A stretch of 64,000 nt of DNA, from positions 1,345 through 65,344 of IMG/VR virus record IMGVR_UViG_3300028586_000002; one strand, 5' to 3'. Position 1 is the stretch's first letter, and every line of letters begins with the position of its first letter. Below are positions 35,935 to 44,093 of the stretch, in pieces. Origin of the DNA: a virus (lineage: Duplodnaviria > Caudoviricetes). The notes below the pieces were generated by a model. The model had not been told where the DNA came from. It saw only the letters and a program-made list of their open reading frames with translations, and made no database searches. A program made the position numbers and the translations under genes.

Positions 35935-37902
35935 GTGGCTAATCCAACTCAGTTCACCTCAACTATCCGCGAGACGATTGTCGGTGATGGCCTCGGCAGT
36001 ACCGGCGCGGCCGGGGCGCAGGGTGCGCGCATCGAGATCCTGGTCGGTGATCGTGTTGGCCTCGAACTGAAGGCTGAAGCGTATGCCGGCCAGGTACGCG
36101 AGACGATTGTCGGTGATGGCGTCGGCGCGAGCAATCCGGCCGGCGTGCTCTCGGCTGTGCGCGAAGTCCTGATCGGTGAGGCGCCGTTCAAACTGGCCGT
36201 GGCTTATCGCGAAGTGCTGGTGAGCATGCTGAACGAAGACCTCAGTGTCCACCGGCTCGCGAAAGGGTACGCGCAGACAGTCGCCATGATGCGCCTCGGC
36301 TTACCTGATCCGGCCACGGTGCGCAGCCCGTTGTTCGTACCGTCGCTTCGCCAGCAGATCGTGTTGCCGGCGTCGCGGCAGTGGGCGCGCAGCGAAGAGT
36401 TCGCGCAAACGTTTCGCCAGCAATCGACCGTTCGCCGCAACTTCACCGAAGCGCCGGCTGTGCGCAGCACGATCCGCGCGAACACTTATCACATGCTGAC
36501 GGTGCAGTCGCGCGGCAACGCGTACGTGCCATCGTCCGGCGTTTTCATGAAAGGGTATAAGCATCAAACCGTGCAGGCCCGAGTGGTGCGCAGCGCGCCG
36601 GCCATGTGGTCGACCATTACGCTCACCAGCCTGGCGCACATGACCGTGCTCAGTCGCATCGAGAGTCAGGTGCCGGTCATCACGACCGACGCGTTCGTCA
36701 ACAGCCTGGCCGCGCAGGTGGTCATGTCGACATCGCGCCTGGCGCCGTTCTCGCGCGTCGACGCAATGACGCTGCGCCGGATGGTGGTGCAGCGCCGCGA
36801 CGTGACGCCACCGGGGATCGACGACCGGGTTGCATCGTATCGCCAGCAGGTCGCCATCGCGCGCGTGCCGGCGCCGCCGTTCGGTGCTGTCGACGTGAAA
36901 GCGCTGCGCCTGCTGTCGGTCGCGGCGAATGTGCTGCCGGCGCCACGCTCGCAAGTCGGCGTGTCCGGTATGCACGAACTGACGGTGCTGCATCGCTTCA
37001 CGTACGCGCCAGGCTTCGCGCTTGGCCGGCACGTCTTCAGTCTCGTGCAGCAGTCGGTGCAGGCTTACGCGCGGCCGGCGCCGCACTCGCCGATCAGTGT
37101 CGGTTCGATCAGGCTTGGCTTCGTGCTCGGCCGCACCACGGTCCCACCGATTGACGTGATCGACCCGACTGTCGGCCGGCACGCATACACGCTGTCCATG
37201 CTGACCGTGCAGCACCGCGAGACGACGCCACCGGATACCATCGGCAAGGATAGTCGGTTCGTTCATGGGCTGTTCGCGCAGGTGGCATTGCGCGATCAGT
37301 TCGATGCGCCGCCGATCCCGGAACCGGAACCATCCGAGACGCTGGCCTATCGGGTGAGCGAGGTGGTGCTGCTGCGTGACGCGGGCGAGTGGGCGCCGGT
37401 CTCGGCCGTCTCCGTGCCTGCCGTGTTCGCGGCTGTCGCGCTCGGCGACGATGCCGGCTGGAGCGATCCGACGATCCCGGTGTCCGTGGTGCAGGCTGAC
37501 GGTGTAATGCAGTCGGTGGCCGTGGGCGACGTGTTCCCTGGTTCGGACGTGTCGCAATCGGATGCGATGGTGGCCGGCGTGCAGGCTGCGCTGGTGGTTG
37601 GCGATTCGACCATGCCTGATCCGGCGATCCCGCTGTCCGAGATCCTGGTCGACGGCGTGGCCGAATTTGCGGCCGTAGGCGACGCGCAGTGGATCGACCC
37701 TACGATTCCCCTGTCCGACGTGCTTGCGCAGCGTGTGGCCTCGTTCCTGGCCCTGCGCGACCCATCGCTGGCCGGCGTTGTCGGCGGATCGGAAATCATG
37801 TCGCCATCGGTGATGCAGTTCTACGTTACGCGCGACCCGACGATGAAGGGTGTCGCATTACGGAGTGGTCCGAGGCCGATCATATCTGTAACAATTTCGT
37901 AG
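35935..37902 (+). CDS. Repetitive virion fibre-like protein (655 aa)
   Basis: Val/Ser/Pro-rich imperfect repeats; last gene of the tail module. Confidence 0.7.
   Translation: MANPTQFTSTIRETIVGDGLGSTGAAGAQGARIEILVGDRVGLELKAEAYAGQVRETIVGDGVGASNPAGVLSAVREVLIGEAPFKLAVAYREVLVSMLNEDLSVHRLAKGYAQTVAMMRLGLPDPATVRSPLFVPSLRQQIVLPASRQWARSEEFAQTFRQQSTVRRNFTEAPAVRSTIRANTYHMLTVQSRGNAYVPSSGVFMKGYKHQTVQARVVRSAPAMWSTITLTSLAHMTVLSRIESQVPVITTDAFVNSLAAQVVMSTSRLAPFSRVDAMTLRRMVVQRRDVTPPGIDDRVASYRQQVAIARVPAPPFGAVDVKALRLLSVAANVLPAPRSQVGVSGMHELTVLHRFTYAPGFALGRHVFSLVQQSVQAYARPAPHSPISVGSIRLGFVLGRTTVPPIDVIDPTVGRHAYTLSMLTVQHRETTPPDTIGKDSRFVHGLFAQVALRDQFDAPPIPEPEPSETLAYRVSEVVLLRDAGEWAPVSAVSVPAVFAAVALGDDAGWSDPTIPVSVVQADGVMQSVAVGDVFPGSDVSQSDAMVAGVQAALVVGDSTMPDPAIPLSEILVDGVAEFAAVGDAQWIDPTIPLSDVLAQRVASFLALRDPSLAGVVGGSEIMSPSVMQFYVTRDPTMKGVALRSGPRPIISVTIS
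35968..36120 (+). repeat. Exact 24-bp direct repeat encoding RETIVGDG
   Basis: CGCGAGACGATTGTCGGTGATGGC at 35968-35991 and 36097-36120. Confidence 0.9.
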
Positions 37903-37905
37903 TTA

Positions 37906-37936
37906 AAAGCCGGGGGTTATAATGACTTCCGGCTTT
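37906..37936 (+). terminator. Hairpin/terminator after the tail module; loop contains TATAAT
   Basis: AAAGCCGG...CCGGCTTT inverted repeat followed by ATTCATT. Confidence 0.6.
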
Positions 37937-37971
37937 ATTCATTCCACCTGACCAACTACGGAGAAATACCG

Positions 37972-38367
37972 ATGACCCTACCATCCGGCACGCCACCAGG
38001 CCCGCTTCCAGCGGACGGCGAGCGCCGACATAGCTCTCGCTTCGATCTCACAATTAACCTTCCAACAATGATTACGCTGGCGGTGCTTACCGTTACCGTG
38101 TCGGCGTGGGGTGTCGGTATTTACTCCAGCCTGGACAAGCGCCAGATGATGACCGACCTGGCCGTCACTGCCCTCGTGCAGCGCGTCGACCGCGTGGAAG
38201 GCACGATCAACACCGTGCGCGCCGACCAGATCGCCGCAAGCAAGACCCTCCGCGATGATATGAAAACTGAAATGGGCGAGATCAAAGGCATGCTCAACCA
38301 GATCATCTTCAGCGCGCCATCATCCACTGTCAGCAAACGACAATTGAAAGAATGGAGTAAAGAATAA
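37972..38367 (+). CDS. Single-TM membrane protein upstream of the endolysin (holin/antiholin candidate)
   Basis: GGAG RBS; hydrophobic MITLAVLTVTVSAWGVGIY then coiled coil. Confidence 0.62.
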   Translation: MTLPSGTPPGPLPADGERRHSSRFDLTINLPTMITLAVLTVTVSAWGVGIYSSLDKRQMMTDLAVTALVQRVDRVEGTINTVRADQIAASKTLRDDMKTEMGEIKGMLNQIIFSAPSSTVSKRQLKEWSKE

Positions 38368-39068
38368 TGGCGACAAACGCACAAAAGAAAGCGCAGCCTC
38401 GCGGCATCCGCAATCACAATCCCGGCAACATCGAACTCGGCGCCGACAAGTGGCAAGGCTTGGCCGTGACGCAAGGCGATGGCCGCTTCGCGCAATTCAA
38501 AGATCCGACGTGGGGCATCCGCGCACTGGCGATCCTGCTCATCAACTACCAGGATAAGCACAAGATCCGCACCATCAAGGGCATCATCAATCGGTGGGCG
38601 CCGCCAGTGGAAAACGACACGCAGTCGTACATCGACTTCGTTTGCGACGCATCGGGCTTCACGCAGATCGAGAAGCTGGACATGCACAATTACGACAACC
38701 TGCGGCCGGTGCTCGAAGCGATCATCCGCCATGAGAACGGCCGTGGCCCGAAGACGACGATCAACACTTGGTACGACGACGCCACGATCAAAACCGGCCT
38801 GCAACGTGCCGGCGTGGTCAAGCCGCATTCCGAGATCGCGTCCGTGCCAGTGACTCGCGAGACCATCGGCGCAACGGCTACCGCGACTCTCGGCGCCGCG
38901 CAGGTGGCCGACGTGCTGCCGCAGGTGATGGTCGCTATCGAGTCGTCGCAGGAACGCCTGTCGTCCGGCTCGATTGTCCAACTGGTGATGGGCGTGCTGA
39001 CTATCGGCATGGCCGTGTTCATCGCCTATTCGCAGGTCAAGAAACACCAGGCCGGCGTGGTGGCGTGA
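38367..39068 (+). CDS. Endolysin with C-terminal membrane anchor (Chi/Enc34-type)
   Basis: RGIRNHNPGNI...F.....GIRAL...L..Y...WAP..ENDT..Y...AIIRHENG lysozyme-fold motifs; hydrophobic C-terminal helix. Confidence 0.85.
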   Translation: MATNAQKKAQPRGIRNHNPGNIELGADKWQGLAVTQGDGRFAQFKDPTWGIRALAILLINYQDKHKIRTIKGIINRWAPPVENDTQSYIDFVCDASGFTQIEKLDMHNYDNLRPVLEAIIRHENGRGPKTTINTWYDDATIKTGLQRAGVVKPHSEIASVPVTRETIGATATATLGAAQVADVLPQVMVAIESSQERLSSGSIVQLVMGVLTIGMAVFIAYSQVKKHQAGVVA

Positions 39069-39361
39069 TGAGCATCGTGCCACGGCTGCAAGCGTGGGCA
39101 TTGACAGCATTGGCCGTGCTGTTGGTACTCTTCGGTGCCTACGCAATTGGAGGTCGCACTGCTCGCAAGGCGACTATTAAACGATATGACTTTGACGAAG
39201 CGGTGCGTGCTGCCGCTGGAGCGAAAGGACGACATGATGTTGAACTTGAAACGCGCGGGCTTGATGATGGCGCTGCCGCTGACGAACTTGCTCGTGATTG
39301 GGTGCGCCGTGAAGCCGACCGAGACCCGAGTGGAAAAACAGATCGCCGCAAGTCGACCTGA
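39068..39361 (+). CDS. Inner-membrane spanin (Rz-like)
   Basis: N-terminal TM helix, periplasmic tail, overlaps the lipoprotein gene. Confidence 0.75.
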   Translation: MSIVPRLQAWALTALAVLLVLFGAYAIGGRTARKATIKRYDFDEAVRAAAGAKGRHDVELETRGLDDGAAADELARDWVRREADRDPSGKTDRRKST

Positions 39362-39482
39362 ATTCTGCACGAACGCGCTGCCAATCTATGTCACCGAGGC
39401 TGACACGAAAGTGATCTCGGATAAGTCGGCGCGTCAGATCCTCGCTCACAATAAATTAGGGCGAAAACTTTGTGGTTGGTGA
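39234..39482 (+). CDS. Outer-membrane spanin lipoprotein (Rz1-like)
   Basis: Signal peptide with lipobox VIG-C; overlaps Rz 3' end; AAGGA RBS. Confidence 0.78.
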   Translation: MMLNLKRAGLMMALPLTNLLVIGCAVKPTETRVEKQIAASRPEFCTNALPIYVTEADTKVISDKSARQILAHNKLGRKLCGW

Positions 39483-39557
39483 AAGGAGGTGACTTGATCT
39501 CGTGGGCGCGCTATAATTCGCTGGCATTGGACATGCGCCCATAGTGAGAAGGACTTG

Positions 39558-39593
39558 AGGCCGGTTAGGAGAAATCCCGACCGGCCTTTTTTA
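39558..39593 (+). terminator. Terminator between convergent late and accessory operons
   Basis: AGGCCGGT...ACCGGCCT stem followed by a T run. Confidence 0.8.
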
Positions 39594-39893
39594 TTACAAC
39601 TCGTCGTCGAACGTGAGAGCTTCTTTCGCGACCATCGCCACCTCGGGCGAAAGCATGGCAACGAACTGCTCGGGCATGTTGGCTGGCCCGCCATGCAGCG
39701 CAGATTGAACGTGATCGTAGACGGTTTTCAGATCGGCCATGGTACGGCCAATCACGATCACTTCGACGCCGCCGATCTTCATCGCTTTCGCGCGGCCGGT
39801 GTAGGCTTTCGCACCTTTACGCGCCGAAATCACTACTTCCCTTGGCAGCTTAGAGACCGGATACACCTTGCCTTTTAACGGTGAGTAGACCAC
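39594..39893 (-). CDS. Hypothetical protein (ends FDDEL)
   Basis: ORF with AAGGA RBS in the leftward operon. Confidence 0.7.
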   Translation of the reverse strand: MVYSPLKGKVYPVSKLPREVVISARKGAKAYTGRAKAMKIGGVEVIVIGRTMADLKTVYDHVQSALHGGPANMPEQFVAMLSPEVAMVAKEALTFDDEL

Positions 39894-40009
39894 GACTTTC
39901 CTTTCTTCAGTTTGATCGCGCCGATGTACGGCCGCAGTCCCATGATCGCGTCGACCAGGATCGCGAGCACGGCCGTGGCGCAGATAGCGGTGACTGCGGC
40001 CAGGATCAC
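39875..40009 (-). CDS. Small membrane peptide (44 aa, MILAAVTAICATAVLAILVDAIMG...)
   Basis: GTGA overlap with upstream stop, GAGGA RBS, single TM; below the ORF-track cutoff. Confidence 0.5.
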   Translation of the reverse strand: MILAAVTAICATAVLAILVDAIMGLRPYIGAIKLKKGKSWSTHR

Positions 40010-40419
40010 AGTTCGTCGTCCTCTTCCAGCTTCTTACGCTGGAACTCCTGCCGACGCGCCAGTTCAGCGGCCACCTGTGCAGGTCGTGCGACAGCCTCGG
40101 CTTCGCATACAGCGAGCGGCTTACCGAACGTGTAGTGGACGTGCTGGCCGTGCGGGTGCGAATGGATCACACTGTCCGGCACGAGAGGTCCGACGTAGGT
40201 GTACAGCCACTCATCGCCGTCCAGGCCGTCGACGTACTCGACCGTCAGCTTGCCCTTTTCGACGGCCACGATGCCGTCGACGCCGATCACCGGCACGCCG
40301 CGTCGCGCGAGCGTCTTGATGATGTGCGTGCCGATCAGGAAGCCTTGATTCTCGAACGGCCTCTTCGCGAACTCGTCTCGCGTGAACGTCACACGTACCG
40401 TTTTGTCTTGCGTGGTCAT
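40006..40419 (-). CDS. Hypothetical protein (ends EDDEL)
   Basis: ORF with AAGGA RBS, coupled to neighbours. Confidence 0.72.
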   Translation of the reverse strand: MTTQDKTVRVTFTRDEFAKRPFENQGFLIGTHIIKTLARRGVPVIGVDGIVAVEKGKLTVEYVDGLDGDEWLYTYVGPLVPDSVIHSHPHGQHVHYTFGKPLAVCEAEAVARPAQVAAELARRQEFQRKKLEEDDEL

Positions 40420-40420
40420 A

Positions 40421-40714
40421 TCAGAATCCTTTCAACCAGGCGATGCTGGTGATGCCGCCCATGGCGCGCACAGCGATCACAGTGCCACCAGAAAGCAGCA
40501 GCACCAGGGCCAGGCGCAGCCACTTATCGTCGGAGCGCTGAAGCATGGTCGCGGCCAGGATCGCGCCGATGAACATCACGACAACGCCGAGCATCAGCAG
40601 GATCAGGCTGAAGGTGAATCCGGCCGCGAGCGCGCCGATGGTGCTGACGTAGACGCCGATCCACATCAAGACTGCGATCAACAGCGCCTTGAGGTATGAG
40701 ACGAAATTTTTCAT
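40421..40714 (-). CDS. Multi-pass membrane protein (97 aa)
   Basis: Three hydrophobic segments. Confidence 0.72.
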   Translation of the reverse strand: MKNFVSYLKALLIAVLMWIGVYVSTIGALAAGFTFSLILLMLGVVVMFIGAILAATMLQRSDDKWLRLALVLLLSGGTVIAVRAMGGITSIAWLKGF

Positions 40715-40768
40715 TATGGTGGTCCCCTGTGAGAAGGTGGCCGACGACTGGCGCCGGCCGGGTGGTGA

Positions 40769-41347
40769 TTACTTCTTCGCGACCTTGGCCGGCTTGGCGA
40801 TCTGGCGCACTTCCGCGACCAGCTTACCGCGCAGGTTGTAGATCTGGATACGGGCCTTGCCGAAATACTGATCGGCGGTGAACGTCGAGCCGCGTGGGAA
40901 GTCGGCGAGCACCTTCGCCAGTTCCGCCACGCTGGTCACTTCGTGAACTGGCACACCAGCGATGCCGTTTTCAGGAACGGCCACGGTGCGCACGCGCGAG
41001 TTCTTCAGTGCAGGCTTGGCTTTCGATGCTGGAACGGCTTTCGTGCCTGGCACGCCTTTCGGATCAGCAGCGAGCAGCTTGCCCGACTTGGCGAGAACTG
41101 CCGGTGGGCGGGCCGGCTTCGTTGCAGCCTTGCCTGCGGACTTGCCGAGCATCTTCGGCGTGATGCCGGCAGCGGCCATTGCCGGGGTGGCTACGGCTTT
41201 CTTCGCGCGGGTCGGCTTCTTCGCTTTCGCGGCCTTCGCGGCTTCGCGCTCCATGTGCTTCGCTTCATCGAATTCGACAGTCTTCGACGGTGCCGACTTG
41301 GCCGGGAAACCTGCTGCGACTTTGGTTGCGTTTTTCTTCGTTGCCAT
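40769..41347 (-). CDS. Lys/Ala/Pro-rich histone H1-like basic protein with small C-terminal folded domain
   Basis: Composition (AAKAAKAKKPTRAKK); AAGGA RBS; own promoter. Confidence 0.7.
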   Translation of the reverse strand: MATKKNATKVAAGFPAKSAPSKTVEFDEAKHMEREAAKAAKAKKPTRAKKAVATPAMAAAGITPKMLGKSAGKAATKPARPPAVLAKSGKLLAADPKGVPGTKAVPASKAKPALKNSRVRTVAVPENGIAGVPVHEVTSVAELAKVLADFPRGSTFTADQYFGKARIQIYNLRGKLVAEVRQIAKPAKVAKK

Positions 41348-41377
41348 GATGGGTATTTCCTTTTGTGGTTGTAGTGA

Positions 41378-41407
41378 AAAGTAAGTAACAAGGTAAAACA
41401 GTGTTAA
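41378..41407 (-). promoter_or_regulatory. Sigma70-like promoter TTAACA-18-TACTTT with operator-like motif at 41388-41404
   Basis: Same layout as the promoters at 52789 and 54162; the 17-mer is the exact reverse complement of those at 54223 and 58671. Confidence 0.6.
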
Positions 41408-41412
41408 AGCAT

Positions 41413-41763
41413 TTACAGATCTTGATCTAGTCCTAGTTCTTCCTCCAGTTTAGCGATGGTGCTGCGCATCCGCTTGATCGTCTTGCGTGCTGCGGCCAAT
41501 TCGTCTTCGGCGTTTTGTCGCGCTTCCTGGCTGTCGTCGGCCAGTGTCTTGAATGCCGCGACATGATCCCATGCGATTTTCTCATGCCGGCGCAGGCGGT
41601 CGAGTTCCTGTTGTGCCGGATGCTCAACGGGCAATTCTCCGGTGAGTTCGATGATGCTACCGCCAAGCCGGTCGACTTGAGCACGAAGCCGCCCGTTCTC
41701 GATCTGGATCTTCACGTACTCGCTTGCCGGATAGCTGTCGGGCCAGCCGCCATCACAGGTCAT
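41413..41763 (-). CDS. Hypothetical coiled-coil protein (ends LDQDL)
   Basis: GGAAGGGG RBS; heptad-like C-terminal half. Confidence 0.68.
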   Translation of the reverse strand: MTCDGGWPDSYPASEYVKIQIENGRLRAQVDRLGGSIIELTGELPVEHPAQQELDRLRRHEKIAWDHVAAFKTLADDSQEARQNAEDELAAARKTIKRMRSTIAKLEEELGLDQDL

Positions 41764-41992
41764 CGTATTCCCCTTCCTCGCGCCAGATCCGCACGCCTGG
41801 TTGAAAGTAGATCTCGTCTTCCTCGACCTGCGCGATGCGGATACCGACGCCGGCACGGACCACCGGGCGCCGCAGGAATTCCACGTCCGCGCGCTTCACG
41901 TCCGGGATGAAGAACGACTGGCCCGGCAGCATGCGGATCACCTTCTCGACGAGAACGCGGACCTGCTGTTCTGCTGTTTTATCGCGCGGCAT
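41753..41992 (-). CDS. Small putative DNA-binding protein (ends EYDDL)
   Basis: MLPGQSFFIP...GVRIWR resembles small phage DNA-binding proteins. Confidence 0.65.
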   Translation of the reverse strand: MPRDKTAEQQVRVLVEKVIRMLPGQSFFIPDVKRADVEFLRRPVVRAGVGIRIAQVEEDEIYFQPGVRIWREEGEYDDL

Positions 41993-42011
41993 GAATGCTT
42001 TCCCGAGGTAG

Positions 42012-43001
42012 TTAGATTTCGTCTTCGTCTTCGGCCGGCGCATCCTGGTTTTCCAAGTAGACCGACATCACTGCGTCGACGATGCGGCCGATCTCCTTGG
42101 CGAACAACCAGTATGTCGCATGCAGATCAGCCACGTCGATGCCGGTGCCGGCGATATTCACGTCCGACAGCTTGACACCTTTGAAAACGAACTTGTCGGT
42201 CACGGTGAACGTGGACAGCGTGACGCCTTCGAGGATGAGTGCGAGTGCCAGTTCGGTGACGGCGTATGCGCCATCGTTCACGATAGTCTTGAACTCGTCG
42301 TGATTCAGATCGCGGTCCTTGATGCGAACAGCGCGCTTATCGTCACCCTTGAACACTGCGGACTTGCCGGGATGCAGAATTTCGTCTTCGTCGCCGTAGT
42401 AGGCGAGGCCGTCGCGAACGATCTGCGTGAGCATGGACGACGGCGACACGGCGGTCATCATATCCGACCACTCGAACTTGATCGGCGTCTTGCGTGTCTC
42501 GCACAGCCGCGTCAGGTGGATCATGATCTTCTCGGCCATGGTCGCGCTGGACGTGCAGAGATACAGGCGGTTCTTCGTGACGATCACCGGAATGGTCTTC
42601 GGCACGATGAACGCTTTCGGCAGCAGGGCGATTTCCACATCGTCCCGCAATTGCGCGAACTCTTTCTTGTTGAGGTTCCGGCCTTCCTTCTCGACCAGTG
42701 CCTCATAGCGCTTCTTCAGTTCCTCGTCGCGCACCGACGCCGGCAGCTTGCGCTCGGCGAAGCGGTACATGAACAGGTAGCCGGCGCCGTCGAGATCGTG
42801 GACGATAGCGTCTTCGCCGGGCATGACATTGGTGATGCCGAGGGTCGACCATTCGCTGTTGCCGGGATCGCGGGCGATGAAGTTCTGCACTGCGTCGCGC
42901 GCGGCGTCGCTACTCTTCACGGCACGCGCGCACCACTTGAACAGCGCGTCGTTCACGGTGAGCGGGATGAACGCCTTGATGCTTTTGATTGCTTTTGCCA
43001 T
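42012..43001 (-). CDS. rdgC: Recombination-associated protein RdgC-like
   Basis: ERKLPASVRDEEL...EKEGRNLNKKE.AQLRDDVEIALLPKAF motif; vertical codon pattern; start at 43001. Confidence 0.85.
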   Translation of the reverse strand: MAKAIKSIKAFIPLTVNDALFKWCARAVKSSDAARDAVQNFIARDPGNSEWSTLGITNVMPGEDAIVHDLDGAGYLFMYRFAERKLPASVRDEELKKRYEALVEKEGRNLNKKEFAQLRDDVEIALLPKAFIVPKTIPVIVTKNRLYLCTSSATMAEKIMIHLTRLCETRKTPIKFEWSDMMTAVSPSSMLTQIVRDGLAYYGDEDEILHPGKSAVFKGDDKRAVRIKDRDLNHDEFKTIVNDGAYAVTELALALILEGVTLSTFTVTDKFVFKGVKLSDVNIAGTGIDVADLHATYWLFAKEIGRIVDAVMSVYLENQDAPAEDEDEI

Positions 43002-43243
43002 TACAGTTCGTCCTCTTCTTCGAGTTCGGCGGCGATCTGGCGCTCCGTCGAATCGGGCTGGTTTTTCGAGTGGTACGGGGTGACGTGATCTTGCGCCAGG
43101 TAGCGCTTCTCCGCGACTTCCGGCTTCTCGGTCATGTAGACTTTGCCACTGGTCGGCGATTCGATCAGCCACGCTACAGGTGGCCGGCCGTGCCGGTCGT
43201 GCGGCATGAGAATGTCCGGGTCAGCGTTTCGTTTCATGTTCAT
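43001..43243 (-). CDS. Hypothetical protein (ends EEDEL)
   Basis: GGAG RBS; TAATG coupling to rdgC. Confidence 0.68.
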   Translation of the reverse strand: MNMKRNADPDILMPHDRHGRPPVAWLIESPTSGKVYMTEKPEVAEKRYLAQDHVTPYHSKNQPDSTERQIAAELEEEDEL

Positions 43244-43343
43244 AAAATTTCTCCGGGTTGTATTTGTTGTCGGCCCATTGGTCAATCAGGTAGCACAGGC
43301 CGCACATGGCGGCGATGAACGCGCCGAGCATCCACCAGATCAT
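43221..43343 (-). CDS. Small membrane peptide (40 aa, MIWWMLGAFIAAMCGLCYLID...)
   Basis: ATGA overlap with upstream stop; hydrophobic N-terminus. Confidence 0.5.
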   Translation of the reverse strand: MIWWMLGAFIAAMCGLCYLIDQWADNKYNPEKFYEHETKR

Positions 43344-44026
43344 ATCTTGTCCTCGAACTGCTCCGAGTCGACGTTGATCGGGCCGGCCGTCTGCTCGATG
43401 TCCTCGACCTGATGGCGAATGTCGTCTTCGATGTCGACATGGTTGCGCAGTTTGCCGAGAGCGCCGGTCGTGTTCGCGCTGATGGCATCATCGCGCGGGT
43501 CGATCTCTTCAGGGTGGCCGAGAGGACCGTTGAAGAATGAGGCGGGGCGCATCGTGTACGACATGATGTTCGTGTCGGCATCGAGCGTGCACTGCACGTC
43601 GCAGCGCTCGAACACCGTCGCCATGCGAGCCAGATCCAGCGACATCGACGACAGTCCGCTCTGCTCCATGACCGCGCACACGACAGTCGGCGTGAGCAGG
43701 CTGGTGCGCACCTCATATTGCTTGTCGAGCATCTTGTCGACCTCGCTACCCTGTGCCAGCGCATCGGCGTGGCCGACGCTATAGGCTTCGCGAATGCCGG
43801 CAGTGATGTACGTCTTGAGCAGTTCGCGTTGCGACTTAAACGCGATGATCTGCTCGCGACCATTCGGTGCCAGTCCTGCCGCAGCCTCGACTTTGGCGCG
43901 GGTGTGATTGATGATGCCGTTGATGTCACGCTTCTCGCGGTTCGGCGCCGGTTGCGGTGCGTCACTGCGGCCGAGGATGGCGCCGATGTTCTGGAGACCC
44001 TTGACGCTGACTTTGTTTTTGCTCAT
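43340..44026 (-). CDS. Hypothetical protein (228 aa), first gene after a strong promoter
   Basis: Start MSKNKVSV placed downstream of the 44060-44088 promoter. Confidence 0.72.
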   Translation of the reverse strand: MSKNKVSVKGLQNIGAILGRSDAPQPAPNREKRDINGIINHTRAKVEAAAGLAPNGREQIIAFKSQRELLKTYITAGIREAYSVGHADALAQGSEVDKMLDKQYEVRTSLLTPTVVCAVMEQSGLSSMSLDLARMATVFERCDVQCTLDADTNIMSYTMRPASFFNGPLGHPEEIDPRDDAISANTTGALGKLRNHVDIEDDIRHQVEDIEQTAGPINVDSEQFEDKI

Positions 44027-44059
44027 TTTGCATTCCCGTTGTGAGTTGGATTGACTGCA

Positions 44060-44088
44060 AGTATAGAGACAAGGTTTTACCTTGTCAA
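44060..44088 (-). promoter_or_regulatory. Sigma70 promoter TTGACA-17-TATACT with palindromic operator-like motif ACAAGGTTTTACCTTGT (44069-44085)
   Basis: Near-consensus hexamers on the minus strand; inverted repeat ACAAGGT/ACCTTGT. Confidence 0.82.
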
Positions 44089-44093
44089 CGCAT

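Noticed and set aside
1691-37557. Long opposite-strand ORFs (e.g. 1691-3586, 5882-7330, 7778-9349, 20104-21978, 26668-29082, 33070-35070, 36301-37557)
   Set aside because: Antisense shadows expected from strong C/G third-position bias; no RBS, no motifs and fully overlapping well-supported genes
24868-37902. Diversity-generating retroelement or invertase-driven tail switching
   Set aside because: No reverse transcriptase, no template/variable repeat pair with adenine-specific differences, no recombinase and no inverted crossover sites
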